The translations under genes and the position numbers were made by a program. 64,000 nucleotides of DNA from Hydrolagus affinis. Its lineage: Eukaryota. Under the pieces are notes generated by a model. It was not told the origin of the DNA. It was given only the letters and a program-made list of their open reading frames with translations, and ran no database searches. Shown in pieces: positions 62,779 through 64,000 of this stretch (positions are counted from its first letter, which is position 1; every line of letters begins with the position of its first letter). The stretch lies in the NCBI GenBank assembly GCA_012026655.1, contig JAAILG010000903.1, positions 1 to 64,000 on the forward strand. The letters run 5' to 3'.

Positions 62779-63262
62779 GTGCAAATAATAAGCAGTTCCT
62801 TGAACCTGTGAAGTCCCAGCCGAGGATTTTGAAACATCATCCTATTGTGTAAATGTAAATTTATCTATATAAATGTAAATTGTATTGTGTATGAAACATG
62901 TATGTAATTTCTACTGTATGACTGCATCTCTTTGTTGTTTGACATACCATTATTTATGTATGGCAGTTGTATATGCCTGAGAAACCAAAGACCACAAACT
63001 GATTGAAAGAGAGGAATTGACATGGCCTTGAGAAGTCGGCAATAATAAATTGATTGGGAATAAAACTTTTGCAGTGATTTAATAAAATGGTAGAATAGTC
63101 TTGATTAGCTGAATGGCCACCTGCTGTTCCTATTGTTATTACCAAGCTAATATTTGTAACATTAAATAATGGTAACTATCTCATTATCAGATAGTCTATG
63201 TACAGTACATGAAAAGGAAATCTATTGCAGGGCTGTGTCTATGGGGTAAAAGCAGGGGAGTG

Positions 63263-63310
63263 CTAGTTGATTAGCTTTAAAAGTGACTAGTTGATTAGCT
63301 TTAAAAGTGA
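63263..63310 (+). repeat. Perfect 24-bp tandem duplication within a CR1-type tail
   Basis: ctagttgattagctttaaaagtga x2. Confidence 0.95.
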
Positions 63311-63349
63311 CATGATGGGCTGAATGGTTTCCTTCTGTGCTGTAAGGGC

Positions 63350-64000
63350 CCATGGAATTAAGGGGAATATATTAGCATAGATTGAAGAATGGCTGAAGGC
63401 AAGAAAAGAAAGAGTAGGGATAAACAGGTCCTTTTCAGATTGGCGGAATGTGACTAGTGGAGTGCCATAAGGATCAGTACTTGGGGCTCAACTATTTACA
63501 ATCTACATCAATGATCTAGATGAGGACATCAAGCTTAACATATCCAAATTCGCGGGTGATACTAAATTAGGAGGGAGAGTAAACATCGAGGATTCAATTT
63601 AAAAATGCAACGTGATATAGATAGGCTAGGTAAGTGGGCAAGTAGGTGGCAGATGAAGTATAATGTAGGGAAGTGTGAAGTCATCCATTTAGGTGGCAAA
63701 AATGGTAGAGCAGATTATTTTTTAGAAGGAGAGAGACTAAATGGTGTTAGCGTTCAGAGGGACTTGGATGTCCTTGTACACCAGTCATAAAAAGTTAGTT
63801 TGCAGGTACAGCAAGCAATTAGGAAGGCTAATGGTATGTTGGCATTCGTTACAAAAGGGTTAGAATATAAGAGTAGGGAAGTCTTGCTGCAACTGTACAG
63901 GGCCCAGGTGAGACCGCACTTAGAATATTGTATGCAGTTTTGGTCTCCTTATTTAAAAATGTACTCGCCTGAGCCTAACCCTAACCCTAGGGTACAACAT
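63350..64000 (+). mobile_element. CR1 LINE RT region (runs off window), with stops
   Basis: HGIKGNILA*IEEWL...VTSGVP*GSVLGAQLFTIYINDLDE...ISKFAGDTKLGG...QRDIDRLGKWASRWQMKYNVGKCEVIHLG...VRPHLEYCMQFWSP. Confidence 0.95.
63974..63989 (+). repeat. Short interstitial telomeric repeat (CCCTAA)n
   Basis: cctaaccctaacccta inside the CR1 sequence. Confidence 0.7.

Noticed and set aside
1-64000. CRISPR arrays, operons, rRNA or prokaryotic defence systems
   Set aside because: No regularly spaced repeat-spacer arrays or gene-dense segments; the sequence is clearly vertebrate repeat-rich DNA

Overview
AT-rich vertebrate non-coding DNA (intron or intergenic) with one 100-N assembly gap at 43223-43322. 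I could not support any host protein-coding exon; nearly all ORFs in the track are spurious or are pieces of retrotransposons. The repeat content (L2 LINEs with (GTT)n tails, Deu-domain tRNA-SINEs with (ATT)n tails, CR1/HE1-type 3' tails) points to a cartilaginous fish, probably a holocephalan (chimaera/elephant shark). That assignment is inference from remembered repeat consensi. Main contents: (1) an apparently full-length ~3.7 kb single-ORF L2 (23847-27555, minus) with a 5-bp TSD candidate and a CpG-rich 5' region, inserted in an old CR1; (2) two further long L2 copies and dozens of short 3' L2 fragments; (3) two generations of Deu-SINEs; (4) CR1 RT fragments; (5) degenerate Penelope, Harbinger-like, hAT and EnSpm-like remnants; (6) several MITE-like hairpins; (7) an unclassified three-copy dispersed repeat; (8) a telomeric micro-insertion; (9) repeat-free islands that may hold conserved enhancers or CTCF sites. 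I found no convincing new gene system. The most interesting leads are the L2 5' end and N-terminal motif, covarying LINE/SINE 3' stem-loops, a possible AGCT target preference, the chimeric SINE, and the unclassified repeat. Boundaries of degenerate repeats were read by eye and are approximate (tens of bp).
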